From positions 75,718 to 139,717 of the forward strand of contig NZ_JAPNKD010000018.1 of the NCBI RefSeq assembly GCF_026626585.1: 64,000 nt of DNA, read 5' to 3'. Below, piece by piece: positions 28,317 through 38,800 of the stretch. Each line of letters begins with the position of its first letter. The stretch's first letter is position 1. The DNA is from Nannocystis sp. ILAH1 (lineage in GTDB: Bacteria > Myxococcota_A > Polyangia > Nannocystales > Nannocystaceae). The notes under the pieces were generated by a model that had not been told where the DNA came from, made no database searches, and worked only from the letters and a program-made list of their open reading frames with translations. The translations under genes were made by a program, and so were the position numbers.

Positions 28317-29774
28317 ATGAGACATTTACTTGGGTTGGGGATGGTATGGGCCGCTGCGCTGTTCACCGCGTGCGGCAGCGACGGAGGCACGAGCACCGAA
28401 ACAGGCGGAGGCAGCACGACGTCGTCGTCGTCGACGACGGGAGGAGGCGACACGAGCTCGAGCAGCCAGGGCACGTCCTCGCCCGCGACGACGAGCGATG
28501 AAACGAGCACGAGCACTAGCACGAGCGACTCGAGCACTTCCTCGCCCACCACGACGGGCGACGAATCCGCGCCGGACTGGGTCTCGGAGGTGCCTGCGGG
28601 CGGCGGCTGGTTCGAGCTCACGGCCTCCGAGCCGTTCGAGCAGTGGGCGGCGGCGAACCTCGAGCCCGCGACCGGCTACTTCGGCTCGGCGCCCATCGGA
28701 GCAGTGCGCGACGCGTACTGCAACCCGATCTTCGAGCACGCGGGCAAGGCGTTCTACATGTTCGGCGGCGGCCACTTCGATGGCAGCATCAACGCCGTCT
28801 TCAAGCTCGATGCAAAGACGTTGCAGTACAGCATCGCGGTGCCGCCGACGCCGCCCTCCGCGTATCCGCCGGCCTATACCGCGCCGAACTCTGCCATCGT
28901 CTATCCGTCCGGGGCGTCGAACGGGTTCTTCCAGAGCGCGGAGACGCTGATGGACCCCGCCGATACGCCCTTCGCGGCGCCGTTCGCCGCGCCCCAGTCG
29001 AGCCACACCTATTCGGCGATGAGCTTCGTCGACGGCAAGCTGGTCCTGCATTACGGCCCCGTGCGCGACGCCGACGTGGTGAGCGGGACGTGGACCTACC
29101 TCGACAAGGACACGTACGGACCGCAGCTCGTGCAGTTCGATCCCAACTACGGCGAAGCGGTGCTCCAGTCGGGTACGCACACCGCCAACGATCCGGAGAC
29201 CGGCAAGGCGTGGACGACCCTGGTCTCCGGCGATGCCGGCCTGAACTGGCGCACCCGCGTGCTCGTGATCGAACCCGCGACGCACACGATCGAGGAGGTC
29301 GTGAACGCCCCGTGGGACGTGAACGGCAGCTCCTCGATCGTGGTCGGCGGGTCACACGTCTACCTGTTCACGCCGACGGTCGCCGACGACATGGCGACCT
29401 CGACTCGCGGCTGGCGCATCGACAAGGCGACGCTCGCGGTCGAGCACCTGACGCTCACCGGTGATCTGCCGAGCTGGCCCGACGGCGCGCCGACCCAGGA
29501 GAGCGTGGTGGTCTTCTTCGACGGGACCCGGCTGAATTTCTGGAACTACAGCGTGGACGCCGATCGCGACGCCTTCTTCCGCCTCGATCTCGAGCCCGCG
29601 AGCGGCTCCGGCACGCAGGAGGATCCGTACGTGCTGGCGGCCGAGAGAGACCAGCGCCCGGTCTCGACGATGCCCGCGCCGGCGCTGACGTACGACCTGA
29701 CCTACATCGACGACTGGGGCGTCGTGCTGTTCCTGCCGAAGGCCAACGCCAAGCTGTGGGCGATCAAGCTCTGA
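28317..29774 (+). CDS. lipoprotein with a Ser/Thr-rich linker. The C-terminal domain may be Kelch-like (tentative).
   Basis: ATG at 28317 after a GGAGAG Shine-Dalgarno. MRHLLGLGMVWAAALFTAC lipobox. YMFGGGHFDGS motif. Confidence 0.65.
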   Translation: MRHLLGLGMVWAAALFTACGSDGGTSTETGGGSTTSSSSTTGGGDTSSSSQGTSSPATTSDETSTSTSTSDSSTSSPTTTGDESAPDWVSEVPAGGGWFELTASEPFEQWAAANLEPATGYFGSAPIGAVRDAYCNPIFEHAGKAFYMFGGGHFDGSINAVFKLDAKTLQYSIAVPPTPPSAYPPAYTAPNSAIVYPSGASNGFFQSAETLMDPADTPFAAPFAAPQSSHTYSAMSFVDGKLVLHYGPVRDADVVSGTWTYLDKDTYGPQLVQFDPNYGEAVLQSGTHTANDPETGKAWTTLVSGDAGLNWRTRVLVIEPATHTIEEVVNAPWDVNGSSSIVVGGSHVYLFTPTVADDMATSTRGWRIDKATLAVEHLTLTGDLPSWPDGAPTQESVVVFFDGTRLNFWNYSVDADRDAFFRLDLEPASGSGTQEDPYVLAAERDQRPVSTMPAPALTYDLTYIDDWGVVLFLPKANAKLWAIKL

Positions 29775-29900
29775 AACGATCGGGCGCCCTCGTCCCCTTC
29801 CGGCAACGGTCGAGGCCGGTGGCGCAAGGACCCGCACCCGTGGACCTTCAGCCGTGTCGCGCGGGCGGTGCACTCTGAGGGTCCCTCCGAGGAGAGACCC

Positions 29901-30488
29901 ATGCGTGGACTCAAAACGCTCGTATGTGCCCTCGCGCTCGCTGCCTGCGAAGGCGGCGATGGTGGAGCCGACAGCAACAACGGTCAGGTCAGCGACGAGC
30001 TCGAGGGCTACTGTATCGCCACCTTCACGGGCAGCCACGAGTTCCTCAACCTGAGCGGCGGCGTCGCGCTCAGCGTCGAGGAGGGGCAGCGCTACCTGCT
30101 CACCGGTCTGCCGGACTCGCCGGCGATCGTGTACCAGCACAAGGACGGGGCGTTCGACCTCGAGCTCGACGTGGCCACCGCGCCGATCGAGGCGCCGTGC
30201 CTCGCCGACGGCGCGGCGCTGACGTGGGAGTACGTCGCGTTCGCCAAGCTCGAGGTGTATTCGGACCAGGCCCTGCAAGACCTGGTGTGCACGATCGAGA
30301 AGTTCGCGAGCGGCAGCGGGATGGGCTTCGGCTACGGCTACGTCGCGGACAACGTCTACGAGGTCTTCCCGGGCGGCGAGTTCTGCGACGGCCTGAAGTC
30401 GGGCTACGTGCGGGCGTCGCGGATCACGGTCGGCGACATGGGCCACGTCGGGGTGCCCGTCCTGCAGCTCTTCAAGCTCGAGGAGTGA
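29901..30488 (+). CDS. small lipoprotein (hypothetical)
   Basis: ATG at 29901 after GGAGAG. MRGLKTLVCALALAAC lipobox. Confidence 0.65.
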   Translation: MRGLKTLVCALALAACEGGDGGADSNNGQVSDELEGYCIATFTGSHEFLNLSGGVALSVEEGQRYLLTGLPDSPAIVYQHKDGAFDLELDVATAPIEAPCLADGAALTWEYVAFAKLEVYSDQALQDLVCTIEKFASGSGMGFGYGYVADNVYEVFPGGEFCDGLKSGYVRASRITVGDMGHVGVPVLQLFKLEE

Positions 30489-30619
30489 GTCCGGCAGAGA
30501 GCGAGAGCGCCGAGCTGACCTCGGCGAGCTCTCGGCGTCGCGGCTGCCGTGCGGCCGCGCCGCGCGATCGATGGTGTCGCGGCTGCGGCTCGCAGGGTAT
30601 CCTCCGCACCGGGGACGCC

Positions 30620-31471
30620 ATGACGATCGACACCGACCATTCGTGGTCCGAGATCATCGACGAGCAGGACGGCTGGCGGGAGATCCACGTCAATTGCATC
30701 TTCGCCGACGAGGTCGACTTGCCGTCGCTGCTGGCGCGGCCCGAGCTCGATGCGACCGGCGAGCTGTGGATCGAGCACTGGATGACCGCCGATACGCTGC
30801 GGGACGACTATCGCCCGTGGTTCGACGCCCTGGCCGGGCGACCCTTGCCGGCGCTGCGCAGCCTGACTTTCGGCGGCTACTCGGACCGTTCGATCGACGC
30901 GCATCTGGGGACGGCGGCCGGGCTCGCCGCGACGCTGGAGACGCTCGATCGCTTGGTGCTCGTCGGCGATGGCTCGCAGCTCGCGCCGATCCGCGCGCCG
31001 CGATTGCGCGAGCTGTGGCTCGAGCACGGCGCCTTCCCGGCCGCGGTCGCGCGGGAGGTGCTGGCGACCAGCGTGTTGCCGTCGCTGGTGGCGGCGCGGA
31101 TCCGGCTGAACAACATGGACGGCAGAGATCCGGACCTGGCGACGTTTGGCCGGATCGCCGCGCTGTTCGAGCGCGACGACATCAAGCTCGAGCATCTCAC
31201 GCTCTCGGGCGTGGCGTTCGCGCGCGACGACTTCGCTACGCTGCTCGCCTCGCCGGTGACGACCCGCCTGAAGCTGCTCGACCTCGGCCGCGGTTGCACG
31301 GTCGAGGGCGGCGCCGAGACGGTGCTGAAGCTGCGCGAGCGGCTCTCGGACGTGCTCGTCGTGCCGCCGATGGGCGTCGAGGCGGCCGCGCTCGTCGCCG
31401 GCGGGCTGCGCTCCTGCGCGCGCCACGAGCTCCATGCGATGATCGGCCCGGCGGTCCCGAGTCGCTGGTAG
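30620..31471 (+). CDS. hypothetical cytoplasmic protein with leucine-rich-repeat-like segments
   Basis: ATG at 30620 (MTIDTDHSW...). LRR-like LxxLxL periodicity in the C-terminal half. Confidence 0.55.
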   Translation: MTIDTDHSWSEIIDEQDGWREIHVNCIFADEVDLPSLLARPELDATGELWIEHWMTADTLRDDYRPWFDALAGRPLPALRSLTFGGYSDRSIDAHLGTAAGLAATLETLDRLVLVGDGSQLAPIRAPRLRELWLEHGAFPAAVAREVLATSVLPSLVAARIRLNNMDGRDPDLATFGRIAALFERDDIKLEHLTLSGVAFARDDFATLLASPVTTRLKLLDLGRGCTVEGGAETVLKLRERLSDVLVVPPMGVEAAALVAGGLRSCARHELHAMIGPAVPSRW

Positions 31472-31721
31472 ATCGCCGCGGCGCAACAAGCCCGTGCATG
31501 CCGCCCGGCGAATATCCACGGTGACGAGGCGGGCGCGCGCGAGGGCAGTGCGCGGCGCGCTTGGAGAGTTGCAGCGGTGCGAACGGGGCTCGCACCGTTG
31601 CGACGACGCAGCGGCCCGTGACGCGTACACTGGCCGCATACGCTTACGGGCGCGACTGTGAGCATTGTTCACGGCACGCACGAGTCACCGCTGATTCATC
31701 CATCAGCACGAGGAACCAACC

Positions 31722-31937
31722 ATGAAGAAGCTTGCTTTCATTCTGTCCTTCGCAGTCGGCATCATCATCGCCAACACCGCGCTGGCCGCCCAGCCCACCA
31801 AGGCCTGCACCGCCAGCAACGAGGGCGAGACCGTGACCACCTGGAACAAGGCGCACACGCGCTCGGAGACTTACCTCTGCAGCTCGGGCTGGCAGTTGAT
31901 CCGCGTCTGCGCCAACGGCGTCTGCGAAGAATACTGA
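31722..31937 (+). CDS. small secreted Cys-rich protein (71 aa) in a lower-GC islet
   Basis: GAGGAA Shine-Dalgarno. Signal peptide MKKLAFILSFAVGIIIANTALA. Five Cys in the 49-aa mature part. GC about 58%. Confidence 0.65.
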   Translation: MKKLAFILSFAVGIIIANTALAAQPTKACTASNEGETVTTWNKAHTRSETYLCSSGWQLIRVCANGVCEEY

Positions 31938-31953
31938 GGCGTCGCTCCTGCGC

Positions 31954-32901
31954 TCATTTGGACTCGATCCGCCCGAGCGGGTCGGCGGCGCGGGTGAACG
32001 CATGTTGGGCCGCTTGCCACGCGGGGTCTCCGGGATAGAGCTGCGTGCGGAGGTAGGCCGCCGAGAGGCGCTGGACCGCGGCGACGCGGGCGGGGTTCTC
32101 GTCGGTGGTCTCGGCGGCGTCGTAGCCCGAGACGCCGCCGAGGCCGTGCCCCGCGTCGAACAGGGTGAGCAGGGATTTGGGGCCAGGCGCGAGGACGTAG
32201 GGATCGGCGTGCCAGGCGGCGCCTGCGGTGGTGAGGTGGGGAGACCCGTCCTTGTCGCCGGCGACGACGAGCGCGGGCGTCGTCATCGTCGAGAAGTCGA
32301 TGGTCGAGAAGAATGGGTAGTGCTCGGCTGCGTACTTGCTGAGGGCGTCGCCTCGGCCCGGCGCGGCGAGCAGCACGCCCGCGCGGATCCGCGGCTCCGC
32401 GAGGCTCACCTCGCTGCCGTCGCGTGGATCCCGGAGCCGCGCGCCGAGCAGCACGCTCGCGGTGTGCCCGCCCATCGAGTGGCCGAGGACGGCGACCTTG
32501 CTGCGATCGACGCGTCCGGCGAGCGCAGGCGCGGCGCGCTCGATCGCATCGAGCTGGTCGAGGATCTGCTTCATGTCCTCGGCGCGCGAGCGCCAGAAGA
32601 GCGGCGCATCGGGGTGATCGGAGCTGCGGAAGGGCAGCGTCTTCGAGTCGAGGTGGGTGGGCTGGATCACGACGAAGCCGTGAGCCGCGAAGGAGTGGGC
32701 GAGGGGGGCGTAGCCGTTCAGGGAGGAGAGATGGTTGGAGGGGCCGTGGCCGTGCGAGAGCAGGAGGATGGGCAGCTCGCCGCCGGTCACGGGCGCCGTG
32801 ACGCGCAGCTGGAGATCCACCGCGCGGCCGGGGACCGGCAGCACGATGGGGCTGATCGAGAGGACCTGGGTGGGGCGCGCTGCGGGAGTGGGTTCGGTCA
32901 T
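31954..32901 (-). CDS. alpha/beta-hydrolase (dienelactone-hydrolase / chlorophyllase-like, GHSMGG nucleophile elbow)
   Basis: ATG at 32901 (MTEPTPA...). LLLSHGHG and VAVLGHSMGGHTA blocks. Confidence 0.75.
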   Translation of the reverse strand: MTEPTPAARPTQVLSISPIVLPVPGRAVDLQLRVTAPVTGGELPILLLSHGHGPSNHLSSLNGYAPLAHSFAAHGFVVIQPTHLDSKTLPFRSSDHPDAPLFWRSRAEDMKQILDQLDAIERAAPALAGRVDRSKVAVLGHSMGGHTASVLLGARLRDPRDGSEVSLAEPRIRAGVLLAAPGRGDALSKYAAEHYPFFSTIDFSTMTTPALVVAGDKDGSPHLTTAGAAWHADPYVLAPGPKSLLTLFDAGHGLGGVSGYDAAETTDENPARVAAVQRLSAAYLRTQLYPGDPAWQAAQHAFTRAADPLGRIESK

Positions 32902-32936
32902 GGTGTGGATTCCCTTCGCCTCCGTGGGTAGCTCGG

Positions 32937-33812
32937 GTGACCGATGTCCGATTGGAAGGACCGGACATTTCCGGAGCGACACTGACGCGCCGGCTTGAAC
33001 GATCGCCGTCGGCGCGCGACAGTACGTGGGTGCTGCACACGCTGAGCGCCACCGCCGCGACCTCTCCGCTCTCGCGCTTCATCGAGGACGTGCTCGTGCT
33101 CGTGCCGGCCGCCGGACGCGCGCGTTACGAGCGACTGCCCGACGGAAGGACGACGGTCGTGTTTCGCGTGCTCGAGGAGGGCCGCAGCGGCGATGTGTGC
33201 GTCGTCGGCCCGCGCATGCGCGCGCTGTTCAAGGACGGCGGCGGCGTCGCGCGGGCGATCGTCCTGCAGCTCAAGCCCGGCTGGTCGACGGCGCTGCTCG
33301 GCGTGGCAGCGAACGCGCTGACGGATCGGGTCGTGCCGCTGGAAGACATCTGGGGCCGCCCGGGCAGCGAGCTCTGCGACGCGCTGCTGGCGACGCGGAG
33401 CCTGCCGGAGGTGCTCGAGCGGGTGTCCAGCGCGATCGCGCTGCGGACGAGCGACAGCTTCGAGACGTCATCGGCACGGCTGGCGCGCCGCGCGGTTCAC
33501 CTGTTCGAAGCAGGCGAGGCCCGGGTGGAGCGCGTGGCGGAGCAGCTCGGCGTCACTGCGCGGCATCTTCGCCGCACCTTCACGGAGTGCGTCGGCATCG
33601 GCCCGAAGGACTTCGCGCGCACGGTCCGCCTGCGACGCGCGGTGCGGATGGCGGCGACGTCGAAGGACTGGGCGCGCATCGCCGCAGACGCGGGCTATTA
33701 CGACCAGGCGCACCTCATCACCGACTTTCGCGAGCTCGTCGGGCTGACGCCGGGCACCTTCCTCAAGCGTCGCGTCGACTCCGGTGAGGCGGAGGTCGGG
33801 CTCCGCGACTGA
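32937..33812 (+). CDS. AraC-family transcriptional regulator. The start is uncertain (GTG 32937 or GTG 33030).
   Basis: C-terminal HTH_AraC block (ARHLRRTFTECVGIGPKDFARTVRLRRAVRM). Divergent from the hydrolase. Confidence 0.7.
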   Translation: MTDVRLEGPDISGATLTRRLERSPSARDSTWVLHTLSATAATSPLSRFIEDVLVLVPAAGRARYERLPDGRTTVVFRVLEEGRSGDVCVVGPRMRALFKDGGGVARAIVLQLKPGWSTALLGVAANALTDRVVPLEDIWGRPGSELCDALLATRSLPEVLERVSSAIALRTSDSFETSSARLARRAVHLFEAGEARVERVAEQLGVTARHLRRTFTECVGIGPKDFARTVRLRRAVRMAATSKDWARIAADAGYYDQAHLITDFRELVGLTPGTFLKRRVDSGEAEVGLRD

Positions 33813-33827
33813 GCGCCGACGCGGCCG

Positions 33828-35516
33828 TCAGACTTGCCAGAGGCGGAGGCCGTACGCGTCGGCGGCGACGCAGAGCACGCCGTCGACCGAGAGGGCGAGC
33901 CCCTCGGCGTCGATCGTGATGCGCGGGCGCTCGGGGTTCCGTCCGAGGTCGACGCGCTCGAGGAGCGTGCCCTGCTTCGCGTCGTAGAGGCTCACGGTGC
34001 TCGTCACTGTCTTGCTGGCCGCGTCGTACACCCGCTCGCTGACGACGAGGCGCGCGCCGTCAGGCGAGAACGCGAGGTGGAAGCCGGCGTCGGGGGTCTC
34101 GTCCGGATGGATGGCGCCGCCCTGGAGCTCGTGGAGGACGCGGCCGGACTCGAGCTCGACGATCCGCACCCCCACCGCTCGCTTGCCGATCGAGCCGAGA
34201 GCCACGAGCGCGCCGTCGGCCGAGGCGGCGAACACCGAGGCGCCGGCCCAGGTCGTCACGAGCGCGCCGGTCTCGAGGTCGAAGAGCTTCACCGCGGACG
34301 GGCCGGTGAGCATCATGGTGCCCGCGTCGTAGGCCTGGACGTGGGCGAGCAACCGGTCGCCGGCGGCGCCGAGCCGGCGCACTTGCTTCACGCGGGGCAC
34401 GGTCTTCAGCGTCCGCTGCGTGGCGAGGTCGAGGACGTGCAGGGTGTCGGCGGTGTCGGCGACGACGACCCGGCCGCCGCCCACACAGGCCAGAGTCGTG
34501 AGCGCGTGGCCGGGCCGCCACCGCTCGCGCTGGAGCGGCTTGCCCGTGGCGCACGCGCGCAGCACGAGCCGATCGGCGGGCTCGTTCGCCCGCGATTGCT
34601 CGAGCACCGCGACTGTCTGGCCGTCCACGGACAGGTCCATCGCCGCCGCGTGCTTCTGCTTCCACAGGCGCTCGCGTCGGCCCACGTCGTAGACGAAGAG
34701 CTCGTAGTTGGCGCCCCAGACCGCGAGGCGCTGGCCGTCGGGGCTGAACGCCACGCGGCGCGGGTATTCCTCGTCGAGGACCGCGGGCGGCTGCTTCAGC
34801 GGCGGGAAGGACGGGCGGACGGCCGGCGGATCGCTCGTGGCGGCGAGCACCTGCGGGCGCACGGGGCCGGGCGCTTTCTTCTTCGGCAGGCGCGCGAGGA
34901 GGGGAGCCCACTCCTCCGCCGGAACATCCTCGAAGGCGCGCTCGAGCTCGGCGCGCAGATCGATGTTGAGGCTCGCCTCGGCCTTCTTGTCGAGGAAGGC
35001 GAAGTACCAGCGCCACGTGCCGAACTTCGAGAACCACGCGACGAAGTCGGCGAAGCTGAGGCCCTTCAGCGGATACGCCGCCTCGGCGCGGTGCACGAGG
35101 TAGATCGTCGGCTCCTCGGCGAAGTAGTCGATGGCGAGCTCGTTCGACTCGCCCGCGACGCTGGCGAGCAGCTTGAGGCGCATGCGGAGGTTGAGCGGGT
35201 CGAGTGATTTCTTGTCGAAGTAGTCCCCGTGCTCGTTGAAGAACTGCTCGTAGAAGGGGAGGTCCGTCCACTCGAGCTCGTCCACGTCGGCCTTCTTGAC
35301 GACGCGGTGCTCGCGGAACGCCCCCCTCTTGAGCCCGCCGAACATCTCGGCGAGACCGACGAGGACGGCCTCTTCGCCGTTCCAGGACAGCTTCAGGCCG
35401 TCGCTCTTGGCGTAGAAGCGGGCGACGTCGCGCGGCAGACCGCCCGGGAGGACGGCGGCGATCGCCGGCTTGAGCTTCGCCAGCTTGCTCGGGGGGGACT
35501 TGAGGCGGCGTTCCAT
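33828..35516 (-). CDS. 562-aa protein with a C-terminal WD40-like beta-propeller
   Basis: ATG at 35516. Repeated AFSPDG...LAVW and HLAFSPDGARLVV beta-propeller blades. Confidence 0.65.
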   Translation of the reverse strand: MERRLKSPPSKLAKLKPAIAAVLPGGLPRDVARFYAKSDGLKLSWNGEEAVLVGLAEMFGGLKRGAFREHRVVKKADVDELEWTDLPFYEQFFNEHGDYFDKKSLDPLNLRMRLKLLASVAGESNELAIDYFAEEPTIYLVHRAEAAYPLKGLSFADFVAWFSKFGTWRWYFAFLDKKAEASLNIDLRAELERAFEDVPAEEWAPLLARLPKKKAPGPVRPQVLAATSDPPAVRPSFPPLKQPPAVLDEEYPRRVAFSPDGQRLAVWGANYELFVYDVGRRERLWKQKHAAAMDLSVDGQTVAVLEQSRANEPADRLVLRACATGKPLQRERWRPGHALTTLACVGGGRVVVADTADTLHVLDLATQRTLKTVPRVKQVRRLGAAGDRLLAHVQAYDAGTMMLTGPSAVKLFDLETGALVTTWAGASVFAASADGALVALGSIGKRAVGVRIVELESGRVLHELQGGAIHPDETPDAGFHLAFSPDGARLVVSERVYDAASKTVTSTVSLYDAKQGTLLERVDLGRNPERPRITIDAEGLALSVDGVLCVAADAYGLRLWQV

Positions 35517-36147
35517 GCCGGCGCGAAGACACCACGGATCGGGGCGCGAAGAGAAGCGGAGATCCCCGGATGCTCATGACGCGAGAGAGGGGGGCGCTGC
35601 CAGAGGAATACGTGTCGCTGTTTCGAGTGGCTACTTCGCCGCGCTCCCGAGCGGAGCGTTCAGGGGGCGAGATGCAGGGGTCTCCTCGTCGACAGCGATC
35701 GGCTCGCCCGTTCTTCGGCGATGGTGGAGGCGGCGATCGCCAGCAGTTGCGGAGAGTCGGCTGTCGCTCCGCGACGTGATGCTGTCACGTTGCCTCGCGG
35801 CGGCGCGGAGATCACGAGCTTAGCGAGCCCGAGGTCGAGCTGCCGCTGCGGCCGAGCACGCTCGGCAAGGCGAGAAAGCGGCCGCAAACTGCGCCGGCGG
35901 GCTCGTCGGGGGGGTCCGTCGCGCAGCGGTCGGGCGCGCGGGCGGGAGGACGCTGCGGCCGCGCCAGGTCGGGGGCGTCGATCATGGTTCTTGGGTGGTG
36001 CGTCTCCTCCGCCTCGCTCCGCTGCTGCTGCTGTGCGCGTGCCCTCTCACCGTGCGCATCGAGGAGCACACGGCGGCCGAACCGGCAGCCGTCGCGCCCG
36101 CCCGCGAGACCTGCGAGAACGCGATTCCGGGCGCGTGCGCCACGGAG

Positions 36148-36525
36148 ATGGTGCTGGCGTCCGTCGTCCAGTACATGACGTTCTTCGCCGAGCTGTGCGG
36201 GGCCCTGGTGATCGCAGTCGCGGTGCTGCGAGCGCTGGCCCGCTTCGTGCCGCAACTGCCGCGCCGCGCCTCGCCGCACGACACCTACCAGGACGAGATC
36301 CGGCTGCAGCTCGGCAAGTCGCTGGCGCTGGCGCTGGAGTTCGAACTGGCGGCCGACATCCTCAAGACCGCGGTGGCGCCGTCGCTGGCGGTGATCGGTC
36401 AGCTGGCCGCGATCGTGGTCCTGCGCACGCTGCTGAACTACTTCCTCGAGCGCGAGCTCCGGCAGGCAGAGAGCCGCGGAGCGGGGCGCGAGACGTCCGA
36501 GCTCGCGCGCGAGCGGCCGGCGTGA
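36148..36525 (+). CDS. DUF1622-family small membrane protein
   Basis: ATG at 36148. The sequence resembles DUF1622-family small membrane proteins. Confidence 0.55.
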   Translation: MVLASVVQYMTFFAELCGALVIAVAVLRALARFVPQLPRRASPHDTYQDEIRLQLGKSLALALEFELAADILKTAVAPSLAVIGQLAAIVVLRTLLNYFLERELRQAESRGAGRETSELARERPA

Positions 36526-36571
36526 GGCCCCCGCTGGTGGTGTCGCGCGTGCGTCGGGCGAGCGCCGGGAA

Positions 36572-38800
36572 TCACAGCAGCTTGTCGAGGGTGATCGGCA
36601 GCTCGCGGATCCGCCTGCCGGTCGCGTGGAACACTGCGTTGGCGATCGCGGCCGCGACGCCGACGATCCCGATCTCGCCGAGGCCCTTGACGCCGAGCGG
36701 GTTGACGACGTCGTCGCGCTCCTCGACGAACACTACGTCGATCGCGGGCACGTCGGCGTGGACCGGTACGTGGTACTCGCCGAGGTTGTGATTGACGAAG
36801 CGGCCGAGCCCGTGGTCGAGCATGCTGTGCTCCTCGAGCGCCATGCCGATGCCCCACACCACGCCGCCGAGGATCTGGCTGCGCGCGGTCTTGGGGTTCA
36901 AGATTCGTCCGCCCGCGACCGCGCTGACCACTCGCCTCACGGTCACGGTGCCGAGCGCCTCGTCGACCGCGACCTCGACGAACACCGCCGAGTGGGCGTT
37001 GCTGGTGTAGCGTGATTGACGGGCGAGGTCGGGGATCGCGGTCGTCTGCTCGGCGATGCTGCCGAGGCCGGCGTGGCGCATGATCGCGGCGATCGGCACG
37101 GCCGGAGCGACACCGCTGCACAGGCGCAGGCTGCGATCGACGAACTCGACGTCTTCGAGCGCGCGTCCGCCGAAGGGCGAGTCGGGCATGGTCTGCGCCA
37201 GCTTCAAGAGGCTGTGCTGCAGCGCCCGACACACCGCCAGCACGGCGGAGCCGACCGAGGAGGCGGTGGCCGAGCCGCCCTGGATCATCGCCGGCGGCAA
37301 CGCGGTGTCGCCGAGCTCGAAGCGGACCGCGGCGAGCGGCAAGCCGAGCTGCTCGGCGGCGATCTGGGACATGATCGTGTAGGTGCCGGGGCCGATCTCG
37401 CCGCTGGCGCTGGCGACGTGCAGCCGGCAGTCGGCGGTCAGCAGCGCCTTGGCCTGCGAGGGGGCCTGCTGCGCCTCCCAGATGCCGGTGGCCATGCCCC
37501 AGCCGATCTGCAGCGCGCCCTCCCGCATCGATCGCGCGGCCAGGGAGCGCCGGTGCCAGCCGAACCGCGCCGCGCCCTCGCGGTAGCAGTCGCGCAGGGC
37601 CTTGCTCGAGAACGGGCGCCGGTGGTCCTGATCCTCCTCGGCGTAGTTCTTGAGCCGCAGCGCCAGCGGGTCGATGTCCAGCGCGTCGGCCAGCTCGTCG
37701 ATCGCCGACTCGAGCGCCCACAAGCCGGTGACGGCCCCCGGCGCGCGAGCGTCGATCGGGGTGTAGAGATCGAGCGCGGCCACGCCGTACTCGAGCCGCG
37801 TGTTGGGGCACTCGTAGAGCACGCCGGACCAGGGGACCACGTTCTCGCAGTAATCCTCGAAGCGCGAGGTGTTGCCGACTGCCTCGTGGATCAGCGCGCG
37901 CAGCCTGCCGTCTCGCTCGGCGCCGAGGGCCACGCGCTGGCGCGTCCACGGGCGGTAGCCGATGGTGAACATCTGCTGGCGGCTCAGCACCACCCGGACC
38001 GAGCGCCGCAGCTCGCGGGCGGCCAGCACCGCGAGGAACAATTGATATTGCGGGCGCAGGCCCGAGCCGAAGCCGCCGCCGACGAACGGGGTGACGACGC
38101 GGACCTGGTCGCTCGCCAGGCCGAACACCTTGCACACGTAGTCGCGGCTGTTGGTCACGCCCTGGGTCTTGTCGTGGATCGTCAGGCTGCCGTCGGCCTC
38201 GACGATCACGGTGGTGGCGTGCGGCTCCATCGGGTTGTGGTGCAGCGGCGGGTGCTCGTAGGTCGCCTCGACGCGCACGGGCGCGGCCGCGAGGGCCTCG
38301 TCGGCGCGCCCGCGCGGCTTCGGCGGCGGGGTGTAGCCCTTCTTGCCGCGGGCCGGCTCGTGCGCCTCGGCCTCGACCTCGGCGAGGCGGGTCTCGTGCG
38401 GCGCGGCCTCGTAGTCGACCTTGACCAGGCCCGCGGCCTCGCGCGCGAGCTCGAAGCTCTCGGCGACCACGAGCGCGATCGGCTGGCCGCTGAACTGGAC
38501 CTCGGCGTCGTGGAGCGGGCGCAGCGGCGAGCCGCCGGGGGCGACCATGTCGCGCCAGCTGCGGTCGCGCCAGGCCAGCCGCGGGGCGTTCTCGTGGGTG
38601 TATACCTGCAGCACGCCGGGCAGCGCGAGCGCCTCGGCGGCGTCGATGCGGACGATCTTGCCGCGGGCGATCGCGCTGGTGACGACAAAACCGTGGACGA
38701 GGTCGGGGGCCGTGAACTCGCCGGCGTAACGGGCCTGACCAGTGACCTTGGCCCGGCCGTCGACGCGATCGTGGGGTGCGCCGGTCTTTCCCGTGGTCAT
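36572..38800 (-). CDS. xanthine dehydrogenase / aldehyde oxidase family molybdopterin-binding large subunit
   Basis: ATG at 38800 overlapping the upstream stop (ATGA). N-terminus MTTGKTGAPHDRVDGRAKVTGQARYAGE. About 740 aa. Confidence 0.85.
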   Translation of the reverse strand: MTTGKTGAPHDRVDGRAKVTGQARYAGEFTAPDLVHGFVVTSAIARGKIVRIDAAEALALPGVLQVYTHENAPRLAWRDRSWRDMVAPGGSPLRPLHDAEVQFSGQPIALVVAESFELAREAAGLVKVDYEAAPHETRLAEVEAEAHEPARGKKGYTPPPKPRGRADEALAAAPVRVEATYEHPPLHHNPMEPHATTVIVEADGSLTIHDKTQGVTNSRDYVCKVFGLASDQVRVVTPFVGGGFGSGLRPQYQLFLAVLAARELRRSVRVVLSRQQMFTIGYRPWTRQRVALGAERDGRLRALIHEAVGNTSRFEDYCENVVPWSGVLYECPNTRLEYGVAALDLYTPIDARAPGAVTGLWALESAIDELADALDIDPLALRLKNYAEEDQDHRRPFSSKALRDCYREGAARFGWHRRSLAARSMREGALQIGWGMATGIWEAQQAPSQAKALLTADCRLHVASASGEIGPGTYTIMSQIAAEQLGLPLAAVRFELGDTALPPAMIQGGSATASSVGSAVLAVCRALQHSLLKLAQTMPDSPFGGRALEDVEFVDRSLRLCSGVAPAVPIAAIMRHAGLGSIAEQTTAIPDLARQSRYTSNAHSAVFVEVAVDEALGTVTVRRVVSAVAGGRILNPKTARSQILGGVVWGIGMALEEHSMLDHGLGRFVNHNLGEYHVPVHADVPAIDVVFVEERDDVVNPLGVKGLGEIGIVGVAAAIANAVFHATGRRIRELPITLDKLL

